DNA from: Ostreococcus lucimarinus
Taxonomy: Eukaryota
Strand: one strand, 5' to 3'
NCBI GenBank assembly: GCA_000092065.1
Contig: CP000584.1
Length of the DNA stretch: 64,000 nucleotides
The stretch's first letter is position 1. Each line of letters opens with the position of its first letter. Below the pieces are notes generated by a model. That model ran no database searches. It saw only the letters and a program-made list of their open reading frames with translations, and was not told the DNA's origin. The translations under genes and the position numbers were made by a program. Shown here piece after piece: positions 37,122-46,991 of the stretch.

Positions 37122-38555
37122 ATGTCGCTCGACCGCGTGGACGCCGATGATGACCCATCATCGTCCACCGATGACGACGGTTTCCCTCCCGGCGTGTCCC
37201 TGGGCACGACGCACGGTGGCGTCCGAGTGTTGCAAATCGATGACCATCCAGAAGACAAACCAAAGTGCGCGAAAAAGCTTCAACATCCCGCGAGTGGAAG
37301 CGAAATCACGCTCATCGGAAGCGCGCACGTCTCAGAGGCGTCCGCACGCGAGGTATCGCGCGCGATTCTAGAGGGTAAACCAGATTTGGTGGTCATCGAA
37401 CTCGACGGGGACAGATTGAAGAGTTTGTTGCGGAGCGCGAGCGAAGACCGACCCGCGATGCACGCGGCGAGGCGAGTGGCGAGCGTGCGTGAGGCGTTCA
37501 ACACGCTGGTGAATGGACAATTGGCGATCGTGGCGGGGAGTTTGGGGTACTCGACGATCGGGGCGGTGTTGGACACGCGGCCCGGGGCAGAGTTCATAGC
37601 TGCGGTGGAAGCGGCGCGGGACGTCGGCGCGACTGTGGTTCTTGGAGATAGGAATCAGCGAGCAACGGTGGGGAGGTTGATGGCGCGTGTGCGACGTGGA
37701 TCAACGCTGTTCGATGAGCTGGCCAAAACTGGAGAGTTTTTGGGGGGGGAGACGGATTTGGCGCGCGCCGACGCGGCGACGAAGCGAAGCGGCGTGCAAA
37801 AGGCAAAGCATATATTGGAGAAGGCTGGATGTGAACATAGCGAGGCGGTCATTAAATCCGCGCTAGAAATTTTAGACAGCGGCATGAGAGGCATACCGGT
37901 ACGCGTGGATGATTTGATGCGCGTGCGAAAGTGTGCTCGTAGGGTTGTCGAGTACGTGCGAGTTGAGTCGTTCAATGGCAACCCGACGTTCAGTCCCGGA
38001 TTATCAAAGGTCGATAGCGCCAAAAAGATGAGCATCATGGATTGGGCGACGGCTGAAACGGTTATTCGAGAGCGTGATTTGATCTTGGCGACGGCACTAC
38101 AACGGGACCCCACGGCATCGAGTGTCGTCGGCGTTGTGGGAGCCGGTCACATCGCGGGCATCCAGCAACTCTGGGACGAAGTTGAAAGCTCGGAATCGCG
38201 CGCAAAGTTCAACGAATATCTGAACGAATGGCCGACAGACGCAAAACCAGTCGACTATACTAACAGAATTTTGTCCGGCGTGTTCGGTGCTGCCGCGTTC
38301 ACTACGATACTCCGTCGGGGATCTGCCGGGGCGGTGAAATTCGCCGGCGCGTTGGTTGGATCGATGTTGACGCTCGGCGCCGTCGGGACGTATATGGGTG
38401 CTTCTGGATTAGTCGCGCTTGGCCGTGTCGCCGTCGCGATAGAAGATGCATCAATTCGCGCGGCTGAGCTTGGAAATCGCGAAGACTCGGCTCGGGCGAA
38501 GGGAGCATTTTCAAACATGATTGTTCGAGACGCGGCTGTGCCATATAAGGAATAA
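37122..38555 (+). CDS. TraB-family (pheromone-shutdown-like) domain protein
   Basis: Family motifs are ITLIGSAHVSEASAREVSRAILEGKPDLVVIELD...R and VVGVVGAGHIAGIQQLW, with a GVFGAAAFTT... hydrophobic C-terminus. The first in-frame ATG is at 37122. Stop is TAA at 38553-55, only 32 bp from the convergent downstream gene's stop. Confidence 0.7.
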   Translation: MSLDRVDADDDPSSSTDDDGFPPGVSLGTTHGGVRVLQIDDHPEDKPKCAKKLQHPASGSEITLIGSAHVSEASAREVSRAILEGKPDLVVIELDGDRLKSLLRSASEDRPAMHAARRVASVREAFNTLVNGQLAIVAGSLGYSTIGAVLDTRPGAEFIAAVEAARDVGATVVLGDRNQRATVGRLMARVRRGSTLFDELAKTGEFLGGETDLARADAATKRSGVQKAKHILEKAGCEHSEAVIKSALEILDSGMRGIPVRVDDLMRVRKCARRVVEYVRVESFNGNPTFSPGLSKVDSAKKMSIMDWATAETVIRERDLILATALQRDPTASSVVGVVGAGHIAGIQQLWDEVESSESRAKFNEYLNEWPTDAKPVDYTNRILSGVFGAAAFTTILRRGSAGAVKFAGALVGSMLTLGAVGTYMGASGLVALGRVAVAIEDASIRAAELGNREDSARAKGAFSNMIVRDAAVPYKE

Positions 38556-38587
38556 CAGAGATTTTAATTTATGTACTTTACATCGCT

Positions 38588-41353
38588 TTAACGCGGGGAA
38601 TATCCACCCGACGTTCTCACTTGCTCTGGTGAGGCGTTTGCCAAAATCGGACTCACTCCATACGGATCTCCATACGGATCAGCCATTTCTGGGGTGTCGT
38701 TGAAAGAGTTTTCTTTATCGACAAACAATGGTGACACCATGTCGACGTTTGGCGTGCAGCCACCGTCGTACTCTCCAGTCGTATTCAGTGCGGCGACGGC
38801 ATTGAGGGCTTGACGAGCTGCTTCTAAATCATCTTGACTTCCGGCAACATCCATATCACCTGAAGCAGTTCGATCCAACTCCATGGAATCACGCCATTGT
38901 ACGCTCGTACGCAACATGGACTCCTCACCGATTGCCTCCGTCACCATGGGGTTGATTTCATCATCCTCGTTCAAATCAGCTGAGTCATCACCCATGTCGA
39001 TGTACACTTCCACTGGCTTGGGACTTCCCTTGATCATCACCGGTGTCGTTCTCGGACCTAGCGACGAGGTATTGGATACGTTACTGTCCGTCTTTCGGTG
39101 CCCAAACTCAGGCGTGTCCACTGCTTCGGCGCCCGTGTTCAGGTCGACCGATAATTTATTTTCGTTCACCGGCTCCAAAGGTGAGCGGTAAAACGGCGCA
39201 GGAGATCGTGCGACGTTATTACTAGCGCCAGGACTTTTAATCGGCGTCTTCTTTAGCCCGCTGAACAGTTGCCTTCCACCAATCGCGTTGTTGATGGCGC
39301 TGACGCTGGGGTAGCCCAAGGGCGGACCCTCGGGAACAAAAGGATTCCACAACGCGGCGGCGCTCATCCAGTTCACGGCGCTGATCATCCACAAGAAGTT
39401 GACCGCCACAGCGATGCTCAAATAGCTGTAATAGTGCTCCTCGGCGACGAGCGAGACAACGATGAGCATGATACCGGCCTCTATGGCGAGAACGCCGATG
39501 ATGACAGCGAATGGAATCAAAGCGTCTTCTCGTGTGAGCCCCCAAAAGGATTTCCTCGGGCACGACGTGGAACGCCACCAAAACTTGCCCTTGCGGTCAG
39601 TAGAGTTAGAGACGTACGAGGACGGCGGCCAGATCAAGCAAGCAACCAATAGCTTGACGTCATCGAGGACGGGCAACTTCCAAGTCCGTCCCCAAATTTT
39701 AAACTCGCGCAATTCGCAAAACTTTTCCCAAACCTTTCGGTCGTGAGTGCCCGGGAGACGGATCTTCAACAAACCGAGGATAACGCACGCGTGGAAGAAA
39801 AATACAAGCATGACATACGGACCTGTGACCGCGGCAAAAAGGCCAATTGTGCAGATTCGTGCCGCGAGCTCAAAGAAGCGGTAGCACGCCTTGGCCATCA
39901 TTTCAGACAGGTGTGCCTTGTGCATCTTCCAGTACTCTCTCCACGAGTACGCGGGCGGTTTTTCGTGCAAGTCTAACGAAACAAAACACAAGGTACCAGA
40001 GGTGATCGAACCCGCGACGGCCAGGAACAGGAGCATGTCGAATCCCTCCCGACCCGGGCAGACGCTGGTGGGAGACGAGCACGAGATTCCAATGTACGCC
40101 TGGAGCGTCGCCATGGGGAGCGTTAAGAAGATGGTATCCACGAGTTGCATCCCACGAAGATCCATTTCAGCCTTTCTCGCTCGCACATCATTCGTTCGGA
40201 GCGCACGCCAAGCGGCAAAGGCGGTGCCGAGCTGCAACATCGCGCACGCGGCACCAAAGCGCCTGACGACGACTTTGAAATCGTACTTGCTGAATCCAAA
40301 GACTTTTTGGTCCTTGCCCACACTTCCTTTCGCCGGTTTCTTGGGCATGGGATAGTGAAGCACCCAGTATCCAGTAATACACGCCGCCGAGAAGACGAAA
40401 AACGTCAAAACCATGCTGAACCACAACCAAGATCCCGCTCGAGCGAAGCGATGAAGTTCGCGCACCAACTGCGTCTTGGAGTAAAAGTCGAGCAAGATTC
40501 CAACTACGAGCATCAAGCGCTGCACGATGTTCAACGACGGACCCAGGCACTCGATACGCTCAAGAACTTGACGAGAGATTGGAATCGGGGTCATGGGAAC
40601 GACGTTCGCCGGGAGAGACATGCGCATCGCTGCCCGCTTCTTTGCCGCCGCGCTCGGACGAGACGGCGTTGCGCCGGCATCAATGGAATTTCCGAGCACT
40701 TTATTCTCGAACGGTGCCGTCATGGGCGAACCAATGGACGCCCACATGCCACCAGGCTTCATATTACTTCTCGGCTCGACGTTACTCCGACGGAACCGAT
40801 CCACCGGTGACATGAGCGGCGTTTGACTTCCCGCCGCTTCCTGTTGACTGGCTTCCTCGTCCTCATCCGCGCCCTCGGGGGTGCCGCCGAGGTTGACCTC
40901 GTCCTCGCATTCGTCTCCATCATCTCGTGCCGACGTCATCTTACGCTCCGGGGTCTCAAGTCCGTCCATATCCTCCTCCGCGCCCTCCTCAAGCTTCGCC
41001 GCCGCCTCCTCGATGGCGGCGACGCGCGCGCACACTCGCACCGGCGGTGTCTGCGTAGCCGGTCGTCCCATCCCTGGACTCTCCGCCATCGACCCCCACG
41101 CATCATCACCATCCTCTGCATCCTCAAATCCATCATCGTTCGCCGTCACGGGCGATTCCTCACCTCCGCTCGTCCTCGGCGTCCCCTCCACGCGCACCTC
41201 GCAGTCCTCGTCGTCGTCCTCGCGCGCGTCCTCGCTCGCCATCGACGACGTCACCGCGCGTCGTCCGTCGCTCGGCGTCGTCACCGGCGACGATTCTGCG
41301 TCGCACGCGCGCTTCCGAGCGCTCGCGCGCGTCGCCCGTCGCGTCGTCGGCAT
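38588..41353 (-). CDS. polytopic membrane protein (8 or more TM helices; possibly XK-related/scramblase-like; unassigned) with long disordered N- and C-terminal regions
   Basis: Multiple TM segments: WLWFSMVLTFFVFSAACITGYWVL, LFLAVAGSITSGTLCFVSL, ICTIGLFAAVTGPYVMLVFFFHACVILGLL, FAVIIGVLAIEAGIMLIVVSLV, LSIAVAVNFLWMISAVNWMSAAALW. An acidic D/E-rich N-terminal region is present. The first ATG is at 41351-53 (MPTTRR...), and the ORF-track start at 41440 is GTG. Stop is TAA at 38588-90. Confidence 0.5.
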   Translation of the reverse strand: MPTTRRATRASARKRACDAESSPVTTPSDGRRAVTSSMASEDAREDDDEDCEVRVEGTPRTSGGEESPVTANDDGFEDAEDGDDAWGSMAESPGMGRPATQTPPVRVCARVAAIEEAAAKLEEGAEEDMDGLETPERKMTSARDDGDECEDEVNLGGTPEGADEDEEASQQEAAGSQTPLMSPVDRFRRSNVEPRSNMKPGGMWASIGSPMTAPFENKVLGNSIDAGATPSRPSAAAKKRAAMRMSLPANVVPMTPIPISRQVLERIECLGPSLNIVQRLMLVVGILLDFYSKTQLVRELHRFARAGSWLWFSMVLTFFVFSAACITGYWVLHYPMPKKPAKGSVGKDQKVFGFSKYDFKVVVRRFGAACAMLQLGTAFAAWRALRTNDVRARKAEMDLRGMQLVDTIFLTLPMATLQAYIGISCSSPTSVCPGREGFDMLLFLAVAGSITSGTLCFVSLDLHEKPPAYSWREYWKMHKAHLSEMMAKACYRFFELAARICTIGLFAAVTGPYVMLVFFFHACVILGLLKIRLPGTHDRKVWEKFCELREFKIWGRTWKLPVLDDVKLLVACLIWPPSSYVSNSTDRKGKFWWRSTSCPRKSFWGLTREDALIPFAVIIGVLAIEAGIMLIVVSLVAEEHYYSYLSIAVAVNFLWMISAVNWMSAAALWNPFVPEGPPLGYPSVSAINNAIGGRQLFSGLKKTPIKSPGASNNVARSPAPFYRSPLEPVNENKLSVDLNTGAEAVDTPEFGHRKTDSNVSNTSSLGPRTTPVMIKGSPKPVEVYIDMGDDSADLNEDDEINPMVTEAIGEESMLRTSVQWRDSMELDRTASGDMDVAGSQDDLEAARQALNAVAALNTTGEYDGGCTPNVDMVSPLFVDKENSFNDTPEMADPYGDPYGVSPILANASPEQVRTSGGYSPR

Positions 41354-41651
41354 CCGCGCGCGTCGATGTCCCGGCCTCGTGTCGTTCCCCCGTTTTTCGA
41401 CGCCGCGCGCGGTCGCGATGCGGTCGTCTTCGTCGCGCACGCTCGAGCGCGAGGATGAATAATATTAATCTCTGAGCGCTCGCGCGGCGTCTCGAGTCGA
41501 GGCGTCGCGCGCGGGGACGGTGAGCGTCGCGCAGTTGCGCGGCGTCGAGAGGACCGTTTGTATCCCGCTCGAAGAATTTGATGTGCTTTACAACGTGTAA
41601 CTGTTTACCTATATACGGCATTCGGACATACGGAGTATCATGCCACACGTG

Positions 41652-41662
41652 TACATATAAAG
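41652..41662 (+). promoter_or_regulatory. TATA-like element (catataaagg) ~120 bp upstream of the RPL8 ATG in an AT-richer divergent promoter
   Basis: It is the only TATAAA-type match in the 426-bp divergent intergenic region between the membrane-protein gene and RPL8. There is no experimental support. Confidence 0.2.
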
Positions 41663-41779
41663 GCTAACGAAATAACCTACCAACATACTCGAATGGAAAT
41701 AAACTGCCCGTTCTCGAAGAGCGCCCGACGCCGCGCCGCGCGCACGCATCCGCCTCTTCGCGACGCTCGTTCACTAGCC

Positions 41780-41875
41780 ATGGGTCGCGTCATCCGAGGT
41801 TGCCGTAAGGGTAAAGGGTCGGTGTTTACCTCCCACACCCACACCCGCAAGGGCGCGGCGAAGCATCGCCAACAG
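41780..41875 (+). CDS. RPL8: 60S ribosomal protein L8 (uL2), exon 1 of 3
   Basis: MGRVIRGCRKGKGSVFTSHTHTRKGAAKHRQQ is collinear with plant RPL8 [31 protein letters not shown]. The donor is CAG|GTGCGT. Intron 1 is 41876-42139 (264 nt), with ACTGAC 25 nt before the acceptor CGCAG|. Confidence 0.88.
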
Positions 41876-42139
41876 GTGCGTCGACGACGACCGGCGCGCG
41901 ACGCCACGGGACGCGCGATGGCACCGCGATCGCGACGCGCGCTCGAGGATTGGCGCGCCGTGCGCGCGCGATCGACCGCTCGAAGCGCGGTGATGGGTGA
42001 TGGAATATGCGTGTTATCGAATCGCGTCGACGCGCGCGATGGGGACGCGTCGGCGCGCGCGCGACGGGGTGAAACGTGGATGGAGTTGTGAAAGACCTAA
42101 GACGGACGACTGACGATGGGACTCGACGCCGCGACGCAG

Positions 42140-42223
42140 GATTACGCCGAAAGACACGGTTACGTCAAGGGCGTGGTGACGGATATCATTCACGACCCGG
42201 GTAGAGGCGCGCCGTTGGCCAAG
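42140..42223 (+). CDS. RPL8: 60S ribosomal protein L8 (uL2), exon 2 of 3
   Basis: [28 protein letters not shown] is collinear with [28 protein letters not shown]. The donor is AAG|GTGCGT. Intron 2 is 42224-42409 (186 nt), with ACTGAC 31 nt before TGTAG|. Confidence 0.88.
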
Positions 42224-42409
42224 GTGCGTGTTTGCGATGTGTTCGACGGCGCTGACGCTCGATCGTCCTCGACGGGAGTAGGGCTTTGGACGCGCGAGGC
42301 GCGCGCGCGCGGAGGGACGTGCGTTCGACGCGAGGGAAGATTCGAACGCCCCTGTGCGTGTTTGAATCAGTGACTGACGATGTTATAAACTTTTTCGTGC
42401 GATGTGTAG

Positions 42410-42997
42410 ATGACGTTCCGTCACACCAAGCGTTACGGTCTCCAAAAGGAGCTCTTCATCGCGGCGGAAGGGACGTACACGGGTCAATTCGTGTACGCCG
42501 GTAAGAAGGCGCAGTTGGCTATTGGTAACATCTTGCCGATCAGCTCTATGCCGGAGGGTACGATCATTTGCAACGTTGAGTCCAAGCTCGGTGATCGTGG
42601 TACCTTGGCCAAGGCGTCTGGCGAATATTGCATCTTGATCTCGCACAACCTCGATACGGGTTTCTCCCGCATCAAGCTTCCGTCTGGGGCCAAGAAGACG
42701 ATTCCTTCCGGTTGCCGCGCGACGGTTGGTCAAGTTTCGGGTGGTGGTCGCTGCGATAAGCCCATGCTTAAGGCTGGTGCGAGCTACCACAAGTACAAGG
42801 TCAAGCGCAACAGCTGGCCGAAGGTTCGTGGTGTGGCTATGAACCCGGTTGAGCACCCTCACGGGGGTGGTAACCACCAGCACATCGGTCACGCGTCCAC
42901 CATTCGTCGCGACCGTTCGGCTGGTGCCAAGGTCGGTCTTATTGCCGCCCGACGCACTGGTCGTCTTCGTGGGGCGAAGCCTTCCGAGGCTGACTAG
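42410..42997 (+). CDS. RPL8: 60S ribosomal protein L8 (uL2), exon 3 of 3
   Basis: [36 protein letters not shown]...[13 protein letters not shown]...KLPSGAKK...[58 protein letters not shown]...[13 protein letters not shown]. The joined product is 255 aa, and stop is TAG at 42995-97. Confidence 0.9.
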   Translation: MTFRHTKRYGLQKELFIAAEGTYTGQFVYAGKKAQLAIGNILPISSMPEGTIICNVESKLGDRGTLAKASGEYCILISHNLDTGFSRIKLPSGAKKTIPSGCRATVGQVSGGGRCDKPMLKAGASYHKYKVKRNSWPKVRGVAMNPVEHPHGGGNHQHIGHASTIRRDRSAGAKVGLIAARRTGRLRGAKPSEAD

Positions 42998-43259
42998 ATT
43001 TCACCGTAATACGACTCTCTCGAGATTCCAAACCGTGCGCGCTCGTCTCGTCGCCTCGACCCGCGCGCTTCGTTCGACCAACGCAAAGATAATTACCACC
43101 CCTGAGCAGTCTATCTCACGCGTGGCAGTCTCTTTGCAACATCAACCGCTCGGCGCCTCGATCGGTCGCTCGCCCCACTCGTGGACGCGAGCGACTCGAG
43201 CGTCCCGAGCGCACATTCAACAAGCATTGCACTTTTTTCTTTTTGCACTTTTCCTTCAC

Positions 43260-44537
43260 ATGCCGGACGGCGTCACGCCCGCCGAGCGTCACGCCCGCGC
43301 GGGCGTGCGCGCGAGACGATGGTCCTCGCGAAAGCGAAAACGCGCCGCGGCGGCCGCGGTCGAGTTCCGGCTCGTGTCGTACAACCTCCTCGCGCGACAG
43401 TACACGACACAGCTCGGTCGAGCGCTGTATCGCGTCGGTCCGCATCGCCTGGAGTGGTCTAGCAGAGCGAAGACGCTGCGATGCGAGCTCGAGATGCTGA
43501 GCGGTGACGTCGTGTGCGCGCAAGAGTACGAGGAGAAGGCGTGGAGAGGGAACGAGGCGCTTTTGGGCGACGAGTACGCTCGAGCGGCGCTGTGCGAGCG
43601 TAGCGGAGAAGCGCGAGGGGAGAAGCGAGCGGAGAAGCGGGAGGGGTGCGCGATATTCATCCGTCGCGGTGCGTTCACGTGTGAAACGACAGAGAAGTTG
43701 AAGTTTGATGATTACGGGTTGGGCGATAACGCCGCATGCGTGGTGACGTTGCGACATCGCGCTCGAGACGGTTTTCGGTTGGTCGTCGCAAACGCCCACT
43801 TGCTGTTCAACCCAAAGCGCGGCGACGCGAAGGTTGGACAGGTGCGCGTGCTGCTCGCGACTGTGGCGAGGATACGCCAAGACATCGTCGATCGCGGGCT
43901 GATGGCGCATTGCGTGATATGCGGCGATTTTAATTTTTCTCCAAATTCTGCGCTCTACCATTTCTTCTCAAACGGAAGGCTTGATTTGAGCGAGGTGAAT
44001 AGGCGCGAGCTTTCGGGTACTCTCGTGGATGTTTTAGACGATAGAAACGTAGGTGATGACCAAGTCACTCGTATCGGGCGTTCGGAAACGGAAGACACGG
44101 CGATCAGAGCGTTCAATCAAGGTTGGGGCGCGTCACAGCTGGCTCTCGCGCTCGGCGACCGCAGCACGCCTTTTCCAAGCCGAACGGGCGTAGAATTAGA
44201 AAGTGCGTCTCAAAGTGCGACGCAAAAGCGGGGAACCGACGTAGAGCAAGTAAAAAATTTGATGCGCCTGACTCCGGGCGGATTTACGGTGCATCATGCG
44301 TTCGAAGCCGAACTTTCAAGCGCGTACGTCGCTGTCGCCGGCGGTGAGCCAGCGTTTACGACGTGCCACAACAAGTTTTGTGGAACGAATGATTACATCT
44401 GGTACACATCGAATCTCGAACCGACGCGTGTTCTACAGAGTCCGAGTTTAGATGACGTTCTGCGGTATGGAAAACTACCGAGCGTTCGATACGCGAGCGA
44501 TCACGTGAGCATCGGCGCCGACTTTCGAATCGGATAG
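43260..44537 (+). CDS. endonuclease/exonuclease/phosphatase (EEP) family protein, CCR4/nocturnin/angel-like deadenylase
   Basis: It has FRLVSYNLLARQY (the N-terminal catalytic Glu/Asn region typical of CCR4-type EEP), CAQE, VVANAHLLFNP, CGDFNFSPNSALYHF and a C-terminal SDHVSIGADF with catalytic His. The first in-frame ATG is at 43260. Stop is TAG at 44535-37. Confidence 0.65.
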   Translation: MPDGVTPAERHARAGVRARRWSSRKRKRAAAAAVEFRLVSYNLLARQYTTQLGRALYRVGPHRLEWSSRAKTLRCELEMLSGDVVCAQEYEEKAWRGNEALLGDEYARAALCERSGEARGEKRAEKREGCAIFIRRGAFTCETTEKLKFDDYGLGDNAACVVTLRHRARDGFRLVVANAHLLFNPKRGDAKVGQVRVLLATVARIRQDIVDRGLMAHCVICGDFNFSPNSALYHFFSNGRLDLSEVNRRELSGTLVDVLDDRNVGDDQVTRIGRSETEDTAIRAFNQGWGASQLALALGDRSTPFPSRTGVELESASQSATQKRGTDVEQVKNLMRLTPGGFTVHHAFEAELSSAYVAVAGGEPAFTTCHNKFCGTNDYIWYTSNLEPTRVLQSPSLDDVLRYGKLPSVRYASDHVSIGADFRIG

Positions 44538-44602
44538 TAACATGAGTAGCATGTTGAAATTACAGTGCGTTCGTTTCTACAACCCACATGCGCGCGAAGA
44601 TT

Positions 44603-45880
44603 TCATTCCCCACGTAGTGCAAAGTTCCTCAAGAGACCCATATCTGCGGTCTCTAGGAGAACGTCGAGTTGTTCGAACACTTTTTCGGCCACCTCCGTGC
44701 CTCGGAGAATGTCGTGCAGTTCCGCTCGAAACTTTGAAAAAAGCATTCGCGTAGATTGGCGCCTATGTTCAAGTTCCGGATTCTGTTCGAATGAGGGAAA
44801 GACGTACGAATTCAAAACTTCATCGAAATCAACGAAATCCTCAACGCCCAACAGAGGATCATCGTTCGCCGCTCCGCACGTTGGAGCATCATCGCCAGAT
44901 GCTTCAGGAGCGAGAAAGAACTCGTTATCCTCGTGCAACTGAGCGATAGATTTCGGCTCGAGCTCAGGATCCCAGCCGTAATCAAGAAATGGAAGTGGTC
45001 TGTGCGATCCGTCGCGCGGAGCTAGGCACAAGCGCCGCGCTAGATTAGCTTCCAACGCCTTGCTGTGCGTGTCGTCGTCGTCAGGAATGGGTTTAGCGGC
45101 GACGGCGTCGTCAGGCTCGTCGTCGTCACCCAGGTCTAGCTCTTTGCCTTTGCTGTTCCTCGAAGGAGCGTTAGCCTTTCTTCTGTTTCGGCCGTTTGCT
45201 TCTGGTTTCGCCGTTATCGTTGCGGCTAAAGTATCTCGACTTGCGGATGTCGTCGCCGTCTCGGCGACTGATTTGGTCGTTGCTTCATCCGCCGTTTCCC
45301 TCAACGTGTCCGAACGGTTCTTTCTCTTCCCAGAGGCTCGTTTTTTGACTTTGATGGGGACTTTCGTGTTCCCATGCGTGACTAGTTTCGTGAATGTTTT
45401 CTGTTCCTCCATTTGCGAGCCCCCGAACAAGTCCACGAGCATGCGCGCCGCGTCCTCTTGCGTCTCAACTTCCGCGGGCGCATCGGGCGTCATCGACCGA
45501 TCTTCCGCCGCGTACGCCATCACCGCCTCCGGTAACGGCACCTCCAACGGCCCCACTGGTTCAATTTGGTGCTGTACATCCGCCGCCTCCGTCCTCGCGA
45601 ACAAGTCCCGCAGCGTCCTCTCCGACACCCCGAGCGCCCGCAGCTTCCCTCGATTCACCTCGTACGACGTCGTTCCCGGTTTGATCCGAAATATCTCGCT
45701 CCCATCGCTCGCACTCACCGCTTTGTTCGCCCCCGCCATGTTCAAAATCGTCGCGAAGAACGTGTCCGGATCCGGCGCCCCGTACCAGTACGAGTTTTTA
45801 TCAAACGTCGTCCCGAAGATTGTCACCAGCATGAATTCCACTCGTTTCCTGTACGGCAGCTCCGCCCCCATGTTCCGCAT
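44603..45880 (-). CDS. hypothetical protein (conserved-looking N-terminal ~110 aa, acidic/K-rich middle, C-terminal region)
   Basis: It is a continuous 425-codon ORF from ATG 45878-80 (MRNMGAELPYRKRVEFMLVTIFGTTFDKNSYWYGAPDPDTFFATILNMAG...). It has normal GC3 codon bias and non-repetitive composition at both ends. No family was recognised. Stop is TGA at 44603-05. Confidence 0.4.
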   Translation of the reverse strand: MRNMGAELPYRKRVEFMLVTIFGTTFDKNSYWYGAPDPDTFFATILNMAGANKAVSASDGSEIFRIKPGTTSYEVNRGKLRALGVSERTLRDLFARTEAADVQHQIEPVGPLEVPLPEAVMAYAAEDRSMTPDAPAEVETQEDAARMLVDLFGGSQMEEQKTFTKLVTHGNTKVPIKVKKRASGKRKNRSDTLRETADEATTKSVAETATTSASRDTLAATITAKPEANGRNRRKANAPSRNSKGKELDLGDDDEPDDAVAAKPIPDDDDTHSKALEANLARRLCLAPRDGSHRPLPFLDYGWDPELEPKSIAQLHEDNEFFLAPEASGDDAPTCGAANDDPLLGVEDFVDFDEVLNSYVFPSFEQNPELEHRRQSTRMLFSKFRAELHDILRGTEVAEKVFEQLDVLLETADMGLLRNFALRGE

Positions 45881-46991
45881 GTGTCCGAGACCGAGAAACC
45901 TGAGCAACGATTTCGTGCGTTGCAGGATTTTCCTGCGCGTTCGAGCGTCGCGCGACGCGCGGCGGGCGATCGATCGTCAGTCGCGATTCCGTCGGTCCCC
46001 CGATCGCGTCGCGCGCGCGTCTGCGCGCGCGCCGTCTCGCTCGCGCGCGTCGCTCGCACCTGCGCTGATCCACCACGCGCGGTTTCGCTCGGTGCGATAC
46101 CATGGCGTCGCGCGCGCGTCGCTCGAGGGCGAGCGCGAGGCGATCAGTGCGGCGAAACAGGGCACTGTCTCGTGCCCAGGTTCAGCGCGGATTCGGCGAC
46201 GCGCGCGGGGTCGACCGAGGCTCGGCGCGCGCGAGCGCGGGCGCGAAACGAACGGTGGAGCGCGGCGTGGAGTGATGCGTGATTAAACGTTCGAACGCGC
46301 GCGACGCGCGCGATGGCGCTCGAGGAGGCGGCGCGGCGTCGACGACGCGTCGGACGCGAACGCGGACGACGCCGAGGCGTTCGCCGGCGCGAGCGCTCGA
46401 CCCTCGGCGAGGGCGCTCTCCAACGCCGCGCGCGAGAAACGACCGTCGCGGCCGTCGACGTCGCGCACGGTGCGCAGGGCGTTTCGCACCCCCGCGCGCG
46501 TGATCTCGGGTCGTCGCATGCGGGCGTGCTCGAACAGACCGATCCACGCCGCGGCGAGGAGCAAGAGCGTCAACGCGACGACGCGCTTTTGAGACCTTCG
46601 ACTCTGAAGCAGTAAAACCCCGAGCGGCATGACGACGCAGATCAGAAACACGACCACGAGATCGAACCAAAACGTCTCCGCGTACGTCGTCGGCATGGCG
46701 TCATGGTGTGTCCGGCGAACCGCGCGCGCCGCGTCACACAATAGTCGTCGCGTTCGGCTCAACAACGACCGCGCGCCGCGCGCGCGGTCGCGGCGCCACC
46801 GTCGCGCGCGTCGACCGAGACGCTCGCGCGCGCCGACGATAAAAATTTCCTTCGCGCGCGCGCGACGCGCTTTCGCGGCCGACGCGCGGCGCGCGCGTTT
46901 CAGACCATCCGCTCGCTCCGAACCAAACTTTGAAGTCGAAACGTCGACCAGCTGTCTGTCCGTCTGTCGCGTCAAATCGCGTCGCCGCGCG

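Noticed and set aside
41990-42115. Possible intronic C/D-box snoRNA in RPL8 intron 1 (GTGATGG ... CTGA)
   Set aside because: The 'C box' is GUGAUGG, not RUGAUGA. The 'D box' CUGA is simply the ACTGAC branch-point motif present in every intron here, and no terminal stem was evident. Evidence is insufficient.
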